Below are positions 1 through 13,328 of a stretch of 64,000 bases of DNA, one piece after another. This DNA is from Convolutriloba macropyga (Eukaryota). The first letter of the stretch is position 1, and every line of letters begins with the position of its first letter. The stretch covers positions 79,670,001 to 79,734,000 of the forward strand of contig NC_134468.1 of the NCBI RefSeq assembly GCF_964194025.1, written 5' to 3'. The notes under the pieces are model-generated. The model did no database searches and was not told the origin of the DNA. It saw only the letters and a program-made list of their open reading frames with translations. The position numbers and the translations under genes were made by a program.

Positions 1-683
1 TTCCGAAGCGTTTTCTGTATCCTGGTTGATTGTCCGTGTAACCGTATTCGTCGTTGCATTGCTTGTGTTACCATGGTTTTGGTTAAACTCTGGAATTCCA
101 ACGTTTTGTTCTAACTGATGCACATTATTTGCAGGCGGTTGCTCTTCATTGGCATGAAGAGTTAACTGGCTTTGCTGGCTTGACATGTTTGTCTCTCCGT
201 GGATATACGGTAACCACTCTGCGTTCAAATTTTGAAAGTATTTTTCTCTCTCAAGTTTGCGTTTTAAAGAAATATCTGGGTCTCGGAGAGTCTCAGCTTT
301 CTTATTCACGAGTTTTTGAATGCTGTCGTCCAATTGCAGTATCTGCTGATAAAGAGTCTTGAGCTTGCTTGGTCGATCTCGATTATCAATGAGCTCAAAA
401 CCTTCTTCCTGTTTCTCAATCCACTTGTTTCGCAAGTTGTTGATCTGGCGATCCAAAACGCTTTGACCCTGTGACGGAGTCACTTCTTGTGTACTTCGGG
501 ACTGCAGCTTGACCCTCTACAGCTCCTTTATTTGTTTGCTTTAATTTAGTTTTTGCTTTTCAACGTTCCTATTTGCTTTGCCTAATTGGCTTTGCGTTGT
601 TGAATTGCCTGTTGAGTTTTGTTCTCGTTCGTCGATGACTTCGTCACTTCGACTGTTGGGTTGGACAGCTGTTTATTCCACTG
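1..683 (-). mobile_element. Decayed 5' internal region (gag N-terminus) of a BEL/Pao-like LTR retrotransposon; continues off the left edge
   Basis: Directly follows a PBS and LTR on the minus strand. Minus-strand translation gives interrupted helical protein-like segments (e.g. SVLDRQINNLRNKWIEKQEEGFELIDNRDRPSKLKTLYQQILQLDDSIQKLV) with stops and frameshifts. Confidence 0.55.
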
Positions 684-700
684 TCCGGGTCGGCGGACCA
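684..700 (-). promoter_or_regulatory. Primer-binding site, tRNA-Tyr-like (TGGTCCGCCGACCCGGA)
   Basis: Plus strand TCCGGGTCGGCGGACCA resembles a tRNA-Tyr 3' end with CCA and lies 2 nt from the LTR end (...GTTACA-TT-TGGTCC). Tyr PBS is common in BEL/Pao elements. Confidence 0.65.
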
Positions 701-702
701 AA

Positions 703-1369
703 TGTAACGGCTGCTCTCCTTGTCTTTCACAAAGAAAGTTTTACACCGCCCAGTTCGTTCTGAGTGGTTACAAAATCTGTCCGGATACTTCGTTTATGCA
801 GTTCGCTTTTGTAACTGTATATCCGTTCTGCTGTACTTACCGTTGCATTACAAATTCAGTTCGTAACTATTGGCTAATCTTAGTTTTTTCAACTACCAAT
901 TTGAACTGGATTGCTACAGATCACACAATACGGGATCTCTTTATGTATACGAGCTCAATCCGATAGAAAAAACAAATCGAAGACAAAGATATATGTCTAA
1001 GACCTGTTTGTGCAAAAATATTTAAATTTAAACCTAAGTTGGCTTTTGCTGTTTGTACTCACAAGTTGAGAATACCAGAAGTTGGGGTTGTAACAGTTGA
1101 ATTTCAGCTCCAATAATTCGTTGATGCAAGACACAGTAACAGAATTTACTGCTCAAGAATAATATTTTTGAATACAAGACACAGTAACAATTTACTGCTC
1201 AGGGATATTTCTAGTTCAAGACACAGTAACACGTTATTTACTGCTCAAGACAATTTGTTTTGCAATATTTTGCTGAGTTATACTTTCAGCCGTTTTCTGC
1301 GGCTACTACGTTGAGTTCTGTGTGTTGCTTTTGTTATTTCCCCCTTTTCTCTTTTTTTCTCACGTGACA
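703..1369 (-). mobile_element. 5' LTR of the BEL/Pao-like element (~667 bp)
   Basis: Minus strand runs TGTCAC...GTTACA, adjacent to the PBS. The outer boundary is inferred; an alternative is ~1095. Confidence 0.5.
1127..1249. repeat. Three copies of CAAGACACAGTAACA..TTTACTGCTCA(A/G)G inside the LTR
   Basis: Direct repeats at ~1127, ~1175 and ~1217. Confidence 0.85.
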
Positions 1370-1479
1370 AACTGTAACTAGAACTAGAACTATAACTATA
1401 ACTATTAAATGACTAAGACAACAGAAAGTGTTTTGTTTATATTTTCCCGCCTATGCTTGCTTGTTATTCCTTAAGCTCA

Positions 1480-2104
1480 GCTCCAACAAATAGGCAAGTC
1501 ATAATAGGCTAAGAAACTTAGCTAAAAACAAAAAAAAAACGATAGTTCCAATTTTCGCCATTTTTTTTGTCATATTTCTAAAAAAAATGACTCTTAACCA
1601 CAAAACTGCAACCAATTGTTATCATAATTTTGCGCAAGTAGAAGGGGTGTCCTCAATGCCAATTTGAGCCAGTAAAACAACATAATCGTCAAAAAAAACG
1701 CAAAATTAGCCCAAAAATCAGCAAAATACATTAAAAACTTCCGAATTATCATAAAATACACATGAATTAAAAATCAAAACCAAAACTCTTAACCAAAATA
1801 AATGAAAAAAACTGCTTCAAAATGCCGCACGTGAACAAAAAAATTTCGCTCGCTTAGAGAAATTTTTTCACACATCAATTTCTCGCTCTCTCAAAAACAG
1901 CGGTATGAACAAAAACCACTCTCTTTTCGCTCTGCTCTTCGCTTCCGTTCAGCACCAAAACCACTCCAAATTTTTCCACGCGTTTCATTTCCCGCTTCAA
2001 AAATCACTCCAATAAAATTGATTAAAAAAAGGACTTCTCCAATACTCCTCTTCGAGTCGTAAAAAGACAGCGCTCCAGTACAATTCAAATTCTTTGAATT
2101 GTAA
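1480..2104 (-). mobile_element. Reverse-orientation, truncated copy of the Helentron-like repeat found at 44280-44960 and 51158-51705
   Basis: Reverse complement gives TACAATTCAAAGAATTTGAATTGTA..GCGCTGTCTTTTTACGACTCGAAGAGGAGTATTGGAGAAGTCC and continues colinearly to CCTATTATGACTTGCC. Confidence 0.85.
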
Positions 2105-5100
2105 TTAGAATCAGTTATTGTGCAATTTTCCTGCGCATTTTTTTGTGTCGTTTCAATATTTTGAATGAAAATGTTTGCTTTAATCTCTGAATTTTTTATT
2201 ATCGCTACTGGAATTCAATGCAAAGATCTCTCAGGGAAAGTTTTTTTTGCTGTTTGTTGTTCGTTTCTCATATTTGGCCATTCGTCCATTCTTCGGTTGA
2301 TTGCGTCGAAAGAAACAATTGATGAACCACTTTTTTTTGTAGACGCTAAAACAAATTTTTGCCAGATTTGAGTTTTTTGAGATAAAAACCGCTGTCCTTA
2401 TGTGCCAAACAGCAACCGAAGAGCAGCAACCGAAAAAACATGCGTTGAAATTGTTATCAGTCATTTTCCAGTTTTTTATCAATCAATTTCCATTGTTATC
2501 AAGTTTTTTATTCATACTCTTTTTATTCAATATTTAAATAACTCAAATTTTTCTCTGAGTTATTCAAAAAATACTCAAATTATTTTTCACTCCAACTGAC
2601 TACGTTATAAGTTCTGTTGATCATAAGAAGATGAGCATATAAGGTTTTCAAAGTGAAGAAACAGACTCGCGAAAAGATTTTCCCGTGACCAATGATTGGG
2701 TACTAGCCAAACGCAAAATTTTTAAGGCATCACCATGAACTGAAAAGCAGAATTTTAGAGATAAAGACGAAAGACACTTTTTGTGAGACGAAAGCCGAGC
2801 TTCTTCTTTTGGGTCATCCATAAGTGTATGGCGAATGATCATGGTCGAGCTAAAAGTACAGCGTGAAAACTTTCTCCCAAGCTAAAGTCTCAATGTGCAT
2901 TCAATTTGAGCTAAATTCTTTTTAACACTCATCACTAAAAAAATACCGTATTTGGAAACTTACTTACTAAACATACAACAAACATACAATTTTTGACTTT
3001 GGCCAATAAAGAGTACAAAGAGCCTTAATTCACAAAGGCGCTAGAGTAGATTGAATGAAAAATTGATTACCAAAGAAGAAACAGAAAAAAGGATCACCAG
3101 AAAAATGCTATTGTAGCAACAAACTGAGATGTGCACTGCAAAAAGTTGAATCTGGAAACCGAAGGAAGTGCCTATTTTATCTCAGAAAAATCATATTTTA
3201 AATCACAATAGTAAAAACTTTGTTGATTTGGTAGAGGTTTTCCCCACTGTCTGTGAAGTATTCCTGACCAATGAAGATCTCCTGATGAGATCAAAGTCAT
3301 TATGAGCACTTGCCGTAGTGCACAAATCCGGCGTGTAATTTCATTCAGATAAGTTAGTCTCTAAAGGTCTTTTGTATAGAAATTGTTCAATCTAGTCACG
3401 GACTTATTCAAAGATTTTGAGTAGTATATTTTTTGATCACCTCTATTTGACTGTTAGCCATATAATACCAGATAGAACACATAGAACAAGTTATAAAGGA
3501 ATTACTTTAAAACAGGAGAAACAAAATTTGTAATAATTGCTCATTTCAACAAAATCGAAAAAAAGCAGAAAAAACCCAAACAAATTGCTTCAATTTCTTT
3601 CTTTTCTGTTTATGAAACGTCTCACTTATGTTCTTTTTATTCTAAGATTCATCAAAGCACAGTAGCAATACATTCGCTTGATAGATTAAGTATTCTATAG
3701 CAACTCAAATTTAGCTGCCTAACTTGCGTCAGAATGAATACAATTATGATTGTTTGTACATACTTAATATTCAGTCAAAATCCATTCTCGTCAAATCATA
3801 TATGATCTTTTATAGAACTTCCTTATGGTCTTTTGTACATAAAGTGACCTCAAGTTTTATGTCAGCACTGTAAAAATTTTTATATACTACTCATTTTAAC
3901 GCATTATGGTTGCTCAATATGAATGTTAACAGCATCATTGCTATCATCTTCAGAAAAAGAGTGTCTTTTAATTTTGTTTTCAATTTATTGACATACGTCA
4001 TCAAGGCTCCAAAGCTATTTTTAGTTGAAAAAAGTCTATGTGGGAACGAAAATAATTTATTAGCTCTTTGTTTGTACATAGTTGAAAGCCTCATAAAAAT
4101 CAAACAAGCAAGTAGTAATTTAATTTAACCAATGGGTGCTTTTATGTTATCTGATGAAAAATACACACTGTTTTCAATCAAAATGTAGCGCATATACGAT
4201 TGGTTACTTTGCCTTCTTTTTGAAACTACCCCTCTGTTTGTCTGAAGAACTTTGCTTTCCTGAGAAAAAAAATAAACTTTCACATTTCATCCAGATTAAA
4301 CAATGTAAAACAAAATCTCAGTTCCACGAAAAGTATTACAAAGAAAATATCTTGGATGAAAATTTCCCTTTATTCAAAAGCCACTGTTGGTTATTAAAAA
4401 TGTAAGAATTGGATTTCTTATGTTTTGGCCCCCTAGCTCAGTGGGCTTATATTTTTTACGCCACCAGGCACACTTGCTATTTTTTTTAGCAATGTGCTAT
4501 ATAACAATATATAATTTGTAACTGAGGGGCATAAAAAACACTGGGATGTCAAAACAGAATAGATCCCAACTTTTATTGACCTTCTCACTGACTTACAACA
4601 CGCGATTTCTTGATGACTTATAATTTAGAGAATAATTTGCCTGGTAGCCCATTACTCAAAATTCCATGACAAGCTAATTTGAGTAGAAATTTTTATATCA
4701 GTCTTGGCCCTCTTTTTTCAGTGTTGGGTTTACAAGCCCAGCAGGATCCGATGGTCGTGGAAAGGAATAAAAAAGAAATTTGTTCTTGTTTGGGTGATTT
4801 GCCTGTTCCCTGCAATGATCAAATAGACTCGGAGTCAAAATTGAAGAAACTAGCATTTGCAAGTCAACAGCAGAACGGAGACAACACCAAAAAAATGAAA
4901 ATTTGATTACAGGTGGGTTAATGAGAATCGTTGAGTGAAATTTATTAAACGAACAAAAGTCATATCAACTTTATGGGTCTTGATAGGAGGACTCATTTTT
5001 CAACATTTTATTGAGTGTTACTTTTCCCATTCGAACTTATTGTTTCCATTGCAACTAGGCTTGTCAGAAATAGAAGAGTTGTCCATATAGAGCATTCACA

Positions 5101-7286
5101 AAACAAAAAAAATCGATTTTAGAAATTGTATGGTCTTTGTCGTAGATCAAACAGGATTAGTGATGTAATAGTTTACCCGTGTATACAGGTTTATGTACAC
5201 ATATGTTTCAGACTAAACAAAAAAGAGATTAGTTTTTCATTTGACATGCAATGTGTCAAACGAAATGAGAAAAGCAAACTTGGTACAATTTTTTTTACAA
5301 AGGAACGGTTTTGCTGGAAAATAACAGCGCAGCAATTCTGCAAAAACAGTTTTCAATTTCTACAAAACTGTTGCTGTTTGTTTTTACTTGATNNNNNNNN
5401 NNNNNNNNNNNNNNNNNNNNNNNNNNNNNNNNNNNNNNNNNNNNNNNNNNNNNNNNNNNNNNNNNNNNNNNNNNNNNNNNNNNNNNNNNNNNNNNNNNNN
5501 NNNNNNNNNNNNNNNNNNNNNNNNNNNNNNNNNNNNNNNNNNNNNNNNNNNNNNNNNNNNNNNNNNNNNNNNNNNNNNNNNNNNNNNNNNNNNNNNNNNN
5601 NNNNNNNNNNNNNNNNNNNNNNNNNNNNNNNNNNNNNNNNNNNNNNNNNNNNNNNNNNNNNNNNNNNNNNNNNNNNNNNNNNNNNNNNNNNNNNNNNNNN
5701 NNNNNNNNNNNNNNNNNNNNNNNNNNNNNNNNNNNNNNNNGTCATTTTTCGAAATTTTTACTGGACAAGATCAAAACTGTGAAGAAATTGTTTGCATCAA
5801 CTCTTTGCAATTACAACAGCTTCATAACTTAGCAAGGAAATAGCTTGCGCGCGCCTATTTACAGCAAAATTTGTATCATTTCCGTTTTTGCCCTACTCCC
5901 GCCCACCTAGCTTAATGGGTGCATATTATTTGCACCAAGAACGACCTGTTCAATAATTTCCAATAGTGATTTACTGTGAAAAAGCTCTTGCTAACTGGCT
6001 GTTGCAGGGCGTAAGGGAGGACACAAACAGAAATGATCCCAAACATCTGAAACAGTGGTGAAGCTCTGCTTTCGTTTAAATCTCTAGAAAGTTCTGGCAA
6101 AAGGTGGGAGGGAAAAATCTAATCAAATGCATCGTGGTGCAAGTATTGCATCGTTTCAATCGCAACGAGAGCTGTTTGGAATCATTTACTGAGAAAATAA
6201 TCTTAAAAAACGAATAAGAAAATTAAAAAAATTAAACAACTTACGGAGAAATATCCTAAATATCACAAATTAAATAAGAGTGTTCAAATACGTTGGTCTT
6301 CAAAAAGCAAATGTAGAGATTTTCTAAAACAATTTCAATTGTTTTGCAAAATAATTTCATTTTGTCTAGCAAAGGTATTCAAAAATTATGTGAATGACAA
6401 AATGCAAGTCTTTTTGTTTGACATCAGAATTATATGGTTAGAAGGTTATTTGTAGAAATTTTCAGCCACTGCTGATAGGAACAGACAAGCAACGCAAAAG
6501 TAAAGACGGACATGTCTTGATGTCTATTTGCTTTGCAGCTTTCTATTTCAGGTTTCCCACTACAGTCTTGTACACAACGGATTATGAACTTTGTGCCAGA
6601 ATCTCAAATAAATTTTAATGTAATAAATTAAAAATTTGAGGTCTGTTTCGTGTATAGAAAGTCAAATGTAGCTTATTTTATGTTCATAAGTTTTTAACGA
6701 TTTAAGGTTTTCTGATTTTTTTCTTTATTGAAGATTTATAGAGGCTCAAAATTTTTGTGAACATTTGACTTCTTCATATCTGTCATTTTTGGTTATTCTG
6801 AGATAATTTTTACGCAAAGTTGAAAAAATTTAGCAAAGTTGTGTTCTGAATAGCCGTGAAAATGTAGAGAGTCTATTATTGTTTGTCTCGGAGTTTCTCA
6901 AAATCCAATGGATGAGGATTGTATTGTTTTTAGGATCTGTTCAAACATTTCTTCATTCAAACTCGTTGGCCTACCTCCACCTATGCAACATCTTCAAACA
7001 AACCTAAGTCTAGTTTGAGTTTTGGCAAAACTTATGTTCCTTTTGTAACCTGTTCTAAAATAGCCTATGCGAACACATAGAAAGCTTTCATGAATTGGTT
7101 TTTTTGATTTTGCTTTATTTGACTTAAACATTGGTTATTTTTAGCTGCTTTTGGAAATTTGCATATTGTTCTTGGTTATTGGTTTTTATAATAGCCGAAG
7201 ACAGCTGTCATATAATACGGAAGTATTTGAAAATATGGTTTCTTAGTTTGTTGATGAAGATGATGGCTAAGACACGTTTTAATTAC

Positions 7287-7649
7287 CAACAGTTTTTGAT
7301 TTTTGGATCTTGACTCTAATCGTTATTATCTTGTTTCTCAATTTTCACATCTGTGTGATGAAATAAAAGAAGAAACGATTATAGAAGTTTTCTAGGTTTG
7401 AAATGAATGACAACTTTTTCAAGTTTAACCCCTCAAGGGGCATCTAACGGGATTTGCCCATAGTTTTTGTTTCAGAAGCCAACAGTTTTTGATTTTTGGA
7501 TCTTGGCTCTGCTTGTTATTCTCTTGTTTCACAATTTTCAGATTTGCTGGATGAAATAAAAGAAGAAACGATGATAGAAGCTTTCTAGTTTTGAAATACA
7601 AGAAAAATTTTTTAAGTTTAATCTCTCAGCGGGCAGCTAACGGGATTTG
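7287..7649. repeat. Local tandem duplication, period ~190 bp
   Basis: CCAACAGTTTTTGATTTTTGGATCTTG...CTAACGGGATTTG occurs at ~7287-7457 and ~7479-7649, with diverged copies. Confidence 0.85.
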
Positions 7650-8559
7650 TCAACTTAGCATTATTTTTCGCAAATATTTATTGCAACTATTTCATGGCGA
7701 CAATTTGAAGGAAATTGTTTTCATTTGTTTGGACAACTTTTTGTCATAATGTTACGCATGAAAAAGAATACACTTTATAAATTGATTAGGTGCAAATACT
7801 TGGCTGGTAAATGCTGTGTTGATGACTTCTTTTTCCTAAAGAAAAATGAAAACTGTTTCTATTAGCTCTTTTTTTGGTGTATTTCACATAACTTGTTTTG
7901 TGTCAAATGACTTTCTTGTAATCCTTCTGATGGACAGTTCTTCACTTTAATCAATTTTTTCGAGTAGTAATCACCACCTGCCCAGCTTAAACTTTTCATT
8001 TTAAAGTATGCCCCAAATTTTGTTAAGATGATCTGAATACAAGCCAAGAGGTAAAAATGTCCTTTTAAAAAAATTCCCCTCTGTGGATGTTCTGTGAATG
8101 AGATCGTGTACTATGTTTGAAAAATCGAGTTCAATTTTGATGGATCTCATGCGCGCTCATTTTTCAGGGTTAATATAAATGAAAAACATTTTTACTCGAA
8201 ATTTGATTGCATTTGTACTTGAACGTTGTCAGGATCAAATTAAGAAGCTAAATTAATGTTGCATTTTAAAATATGTGTTGCTAGACAAATTTTTGCTGCA
8301 GAATTTCAATAAATGTTGGTTCCAATGATATTTGGTTGGTTTGAAATCTGAAAGTTTTGCTTAGTTTTGTTTTTGTCCCTCAGTGAAACAAAAGATTTTA
8401 ACTTCATTTGTGTGGAGGTCTATCTTCAAAGATGTTTGATCACGTTCTAAGTTTTGATGCATTATGTACTATTTTTGTTTTCTTTTGCGTCTTCATTTGG
8501 TACAGAATTAAGACGAATATGAGGTCAAGCGGGACTTGACAATTATATGCGAAGGCTTA

Positions 8560-8890
8560 TCCTTGAGTGTCCTAGTTTAAATTGCAAGGTTAACTAGATA
8601 ACCAATTACAAAACCCCGAGCCGCTACTGTCAGAAAATTTTCGATTCTATTATCACAGAAATTTTATGACTAGACCCCACCCGATCAACTAAAAAAAGAC
8701 GGTAACGCTTATTAGCAGCAATCTCGTGTCCTTAAAACTGTGTCTTCCAAATTACAACGTATAAACACCAAAAACTAATTTCCCTGCCGGTACGCGAGGG
8801 TGGACTTAGTATACTGCTAACGTCTGATAGGAGTTCTGAACCTTTGAGATCCATACGAATAGCTTTCCGGATGAGCGTTATACTACAACA
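8560..8890 (+). mobile_element. CRE-clade non-LTR retrotransposon fragment (post-RT region)
   Basis: Encodes LISLPVREGGLSI (LPxRxGGLGI motif). The same sequence starts the CRE 3' fragments at 11990 and 33495. Confidence 0.7.
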
Positions 8891-11497
8891 TGATGATTGA
8901 CTCTGGAAGTGTAGTTAGTCTCATCACGAAGACGCTAGCAAACCGAATACATCGAACCATCTGCGAAATGGATCACTGCAAAAGAGATGAGGGAATTAAA
9001 ATCTTTCTCAAACGAGCCAATCAAAGTCCTTGGACATCTTGAGACAACGGTGACACAATAACTGGACATGCAAAGATGCCCGCCTAACAATTGTGGAGGA
9101 CGGTCACAAAATCATCATCGGGAGAGATCTATTCAAAAGTCTTGGTCTTGCCTTTGTCCAACAGCATTAACCAGACAATGGTAAATATGTTAATAATATT
9201 AATAAATTTACATGTAGGATTAAAGAGACAATTGTGGCACAATTTCCTCATTTAGTTTCAAGAATTGGCCTCTCAAAGACACATGCAGCGAAATTAAATT
9301 TCCATCAAATGTTTACAGCAAAGCACCAAAAAGGTCGACGCATTCCGCTTAATCTACGACCTACGGCGGAATTAGAACGTCTACAGATTCAGGGACATAA
9401 CGAAAAATTATCTAGTTGTTTAGACGAACATTTCTTATCTCCAATCGTGATTACAGTTAAGAAAGATCAATCAATCAAATTAGTATTAGACTCTGAAGTA
9501 TTAAATAAAGCTATACACAAAAACAAATACCAAATGCCTAACATTGACATGTTAATAGACACAATCTCACAACACCTCATAAACACTCAAAACGGTCAAC
9601 AAGCATATTTTTCCACATAAGATTTCAAATATGCCTATAGTCATTTACAATTGCACAAAGATACTGCGAAACACTGTAATTTTAATATTATTTGTGGAGA
9701 ATCTACTGGCACTTATAGATTTAAACCAGGATTCTACGGTTCTACGGTCTCTCTGACATGCCGGCAAAATTTCAAAAAGCAATGTACTATACACTTATAG
9801 GTGTACAAAACACCTATTGTTTCTTAGATGACATAATAATAGTTAGCACAAGTTCTGAAACCGAACATTTAGCATATGTCACAAAGTGTCTAAAAAAGTT
9901 AGATGACGACAACTTGAGAAATAATCTCCGAAAACGTCATTTTGCAAAAACGGAAATGAATGGCTTGGGTAAAAATATACCCAGCTGGCATATCACCACA
10001 GCAATTCTAGCAATACCACCACCATCAACATTAAAACGTTTACGATCGTTCCTCGGGTCAGTACATTACATTGGCAAATTCATACCACACTTAGCACAAC
10101 TATGTTATCCACTTAGACAACTTCTCAAAAACTCCACAAAATTTATTTGGACAGAAGAACATAACAAACATTTCAACTTAATAAAGGAGAAAATTGCTGC
10201 CAGAAAATTGCTGCCAAAACACACCTGAAGGTCGGAAACCAATAGCAATCGCGTCGCGATTTCTAAATCCAACAGAAGAACATACAATTCCTGGCAGCTC
10301 CTATCTGACAGAAGAGCAGTGGGCAGACACGGCCTTATGTTCTGATACTGAAATCGAAAAAGTAATTTGTGCAGTGAACAATCGAGCACAAAAGGAGCAA
10401 GAAAAAATGAAGGACGGCGAATCGCGGCTCATATAGTTGGAAGGGCAAGCACGACCAATTTTGTGTACTGAACGTAGTGTTCAGGTTAAAATTGCGCGCA
10501 AAATCCATGAGAGCCAACGCCAGAAAAAGAACTTAGATGGTTTGTATGAAGTTGGGAGTATAGCTCCTGGCAGTACAGTTGGGAAGATAAGTCCAACTAC
10601 AAGCGTTATCAAAGAACCAAATCAACAAGAAGTGCGCGTAAGAAACTCTGAAATTGCGGAATTTGGAACGAAAAACGAGCGAGATACGGAGTTGGGCCAT
10701 ATATTGAACTTAGACCCAAGAAAATTTCCGAGAAAACGCTCGAACAAAAAACTACAAACCATAGGAGAGATCTAATCCGAAAAGACTTAGGAAGTAAGAA
10801 AATTAAGCGAAATAAAGTCCAGTTGATGATGTCAGTGTTATCTCATTGGGTAGATATGCATTTCAACGACGAGTGATGTGGCACAAGCACTAAAAATGAA
10901 GATTCCAAAACGAAATCCAAAGCATGATGATGCCTTTAGAAACCGACCAGATTTAACACAAATCCTTCACTTTAGCCCGCCTGGGCCACTTGCAGCGCCG
11001 CCGAACAATCCTAGTACAGCTTGACCATCCCCGTCACAAATGGCTTCTCCTCAACAGCCAACACCGATTTTGCGTAAGGAACGTAAATGAAAAAGACCAA
11101 TGACGGTGAGCGATACATCGGACTCCGATACGTCATCAGTACGTAGAAGCAAAAGGGTTTTAAAGAAACAGAGAAAGTCCACAACATCAATTGTTGAGAA
11201 AATACAAAATACGGAGGGATATTCGGCTGATATTCCCGCATCGGACACAACATTCATTGGGCAAGTGTCACCAAGGAACCCCAATGAGAGGTGGATTACT
11301 GACCCTAACCCGAACCTACCGAGAGAGATGACGGTCTTAGAAACTGAAATTCAAGCACAATCTGACTTAGATTAAAACTCAAAACTATTTGAACTCTATG
11401 TTTTATTTATTATTTAATGTTCTATTTTGTATATAACCGATGAATAAGTATTAATTTTCTGATTTTATCTACTAATTTTTTCTCCAACAGGGGGAGA
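8891..11497 (+). mobile_element. Ty3/Gypsy (Mag-like) internal region, defective: protease, RT, RNase H start, ~2 kb deletion, 3' region
   Basis: Protease MMIDSGSVVSLI; RT SPIVITVKKDQSIKL, MPAKFQKAM, FLDDIII, LRSFLGSVHY; RNase H start KPIAIASRFL; many stops; RNase H/integrase deleted at ~10281. Confidence 0.9.
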
Positions 11498-11983
11498 TGT
11501 CATACGGGATAGATATTATACTCAGAATACCAATAACCGTATTTAGTTCATGTTTTCCAATTGAAGGGCAGGTGCTTTAATTTAGTTAGTTAATTTCAGT
11601 TCATCATGCTTTCAACCCAATTTAATGTCTGTTCATATTTTAGACAGGAAACTGTCTGTTCACAATGTAAACATTTTGTTAAGTCTTTCCTGTTTCGTGA
11701 TTAACTTGTGAAATAAAGTTATTTCCTTTTCAATTTCAATTATTAATTTCATTTGTCATTCTCCAATTTGCATCGCTATAATCCAGTTTCAATTTAACTT
11801 CAGCAAATCGCTTTTTAAATACGCCTGCTCTATTGATAGGCCTGCACCGCGAATATCTGATTCAAAGTTGAGGATTCAAATAGCCCAAAGATAATTGGCA
11901 ATCGCGACGCAATTGCCCTAGCTCAGTGGTCTAATAAGCATTCGCGACTCGATTGACTAATACAATAGTAATCGAGTAGGACA
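11498..11983 (+). mobile_element. Gypsy 3' LTR (486 bp), copy 1, preceded by a polypurine tract
   Basis: PPT AGGGGGAGA, then TGTCATAC...GTAGGACA; internal AATAAA; same length as and near-identical to 33002-33487. Confidence 0.9.
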
Positions 11984-13019
11984 CATGTCTAAAATCTGGG
12001 TCTTCCAAATTACAACGTATAAACACCGAAAAATAATCTCCCTGCCGGTACGCGAGGGTGGACTTAGTATACTGCTAGCGTCTGAGAGGAGTTCTGAACC
12101 TTTGAGATCCATACGAATAGCTTTCCGGATGAGCGTAATACTGCAACATAAATAGAAGAGAAGTTGAACAAGAAATGCTTCCTAATAGCATAAAACATGA
12201 AAAATTGGAATGCTAAGAGATAAAAAGGTGGAAGTCAAACGTAACTTATGTAGTTCAGTGACCTATGCAATTCTTTTAGCGGAAGAAAAAAGATCATCAA
12301 GCTGGTTAAATGCATTTGCGTTGAAGAGATACAATTTCGATGTCTCAAAATTTGAATTTCGAGATTGAATTGCCCTTAGATATGGATGCAAACCTTTAAA
12401 TGTAGCTTTTGCTTCATATTGTGCAATGGTTGAATATAACAATATGAGACAAGATGACAACGCAATTCTATCGCCAATTTACTTGATGACGTGGAAATCG
12501 AACCGTCTCGTAAGATTTTGCTCGGTGAAACCTTCGCGAATCAAAGCAAAACAACTTAAGATAATGTTCCGCTCAACATCAGGGCAAACACACTATGGGA
12601 ACACGGATTTTCAAAGATGTTTTTTGATCTGCAAACTTTAACCCGTATGCCAAAAAGTTACCCAAAACTACTACAGAGGGTCATGAAATTTACGAGCAAA
12701 TTTTAAAAAACTGAATTATTAACAATGCATCCGAGACCCAGTGGCTCAACCCACTCATATTATTCGATGAAGAAACTGGCATTTTTGTAACCAAACTCAT
12801 CAAAAGGACTGCGTGGTAGCATAGTGAGAAAAAAGAGAAATCGCGCGCCAACATCAAAACATACATTAAAATCAGGATTAGCTTTGCCGTGCTGCGAAGC
12901 CTCATGATCTGCATTCGTAGACTTCGTAGTCTCCGGCATCATGCAATCGTCAAGGCTTCAATAGGATTTTTTGTTGAAGACTTCTATAAGACATTTACAC
13001 TGAATTGGAGACTACAAGA
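11984..13019 (+). mobile_element. CRE-clade RLE non-LTR retrotransposon 3' end (decayed)
   Basis: Frameshifted translation gives SLPVREGGL, EKRSSSWLNA, EFRD*IALRYG, IANLLDDVEIEP, LNIRANTLW, FNPYAKS and YIKIRISFAVLRS..ICIR, matching the CRE C-terminal restriction-like endonuclease region. Confidence 0.8.
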
Positions 13020-13328
13020 GAAATCGAAAAAGTAATTTGTGCTGTGAACAATCGAGCACAAAAAGAGCAAGAAAAAATGAAGGATGGCGAATCGCGGCTC
13101 ATATGATTGGAAGGGCAAGCACGCCAATTTTGTGTAGTGAACGTAGTGTTCAGGTTTAAATTGCGCGCAAAATCCATGAGAGCCAACGCCAGAAAAGGAA
13201 CTTAGATGGTTTGTATGAAGTTAAGAGTATAGCACCTGGCAATACAGTTGGGAAGATAAGTCCAACTACAAGCGTTATCAAAGAACCAAATCGACAAGAA
13301 GTGCGCGTAAGAATCTCTGACCTTGCGG
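13020..13328 (+). mobile_element. Gypsy 3'-region fragment inserted between two CRE copies
   Basis: Near-identical to 10350-10660 and 31855-32165. Confidence 0.85.

Noticed and set aside
1127-1249. Repeat-spacer-like triple repeat as a CRISPR array
   Set aside because: Eukaryotic context, imperfect repeats with 13-17 nt gaps, located inside an LTR, and no cas genes.
5126-5843. ORFs spanning N-runs (also at 13.9-16, 22.3-22.7, 55.2-55.5 and 56.7-56.9 kb)
   Set aside because: Artefacts of Ns. Several of the N-runs coincide with simple repeats (unmasked TTA equivalent at 34566).
2600-6100. Minus-strand exon-like blocks with splice signals and hydrophobic translations (e.g. 5946-6046, 2690-2740)
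   Set aside because: In-frame stops and no recognisable family; may be a decayed gene but cannot be supported.
8800-8880. Hammerhead ribozyme near CTGATAGG / GGATGAG
   Set aside because: No CTGANGA...GAAA core with stems; the sequence is CRE coding region.
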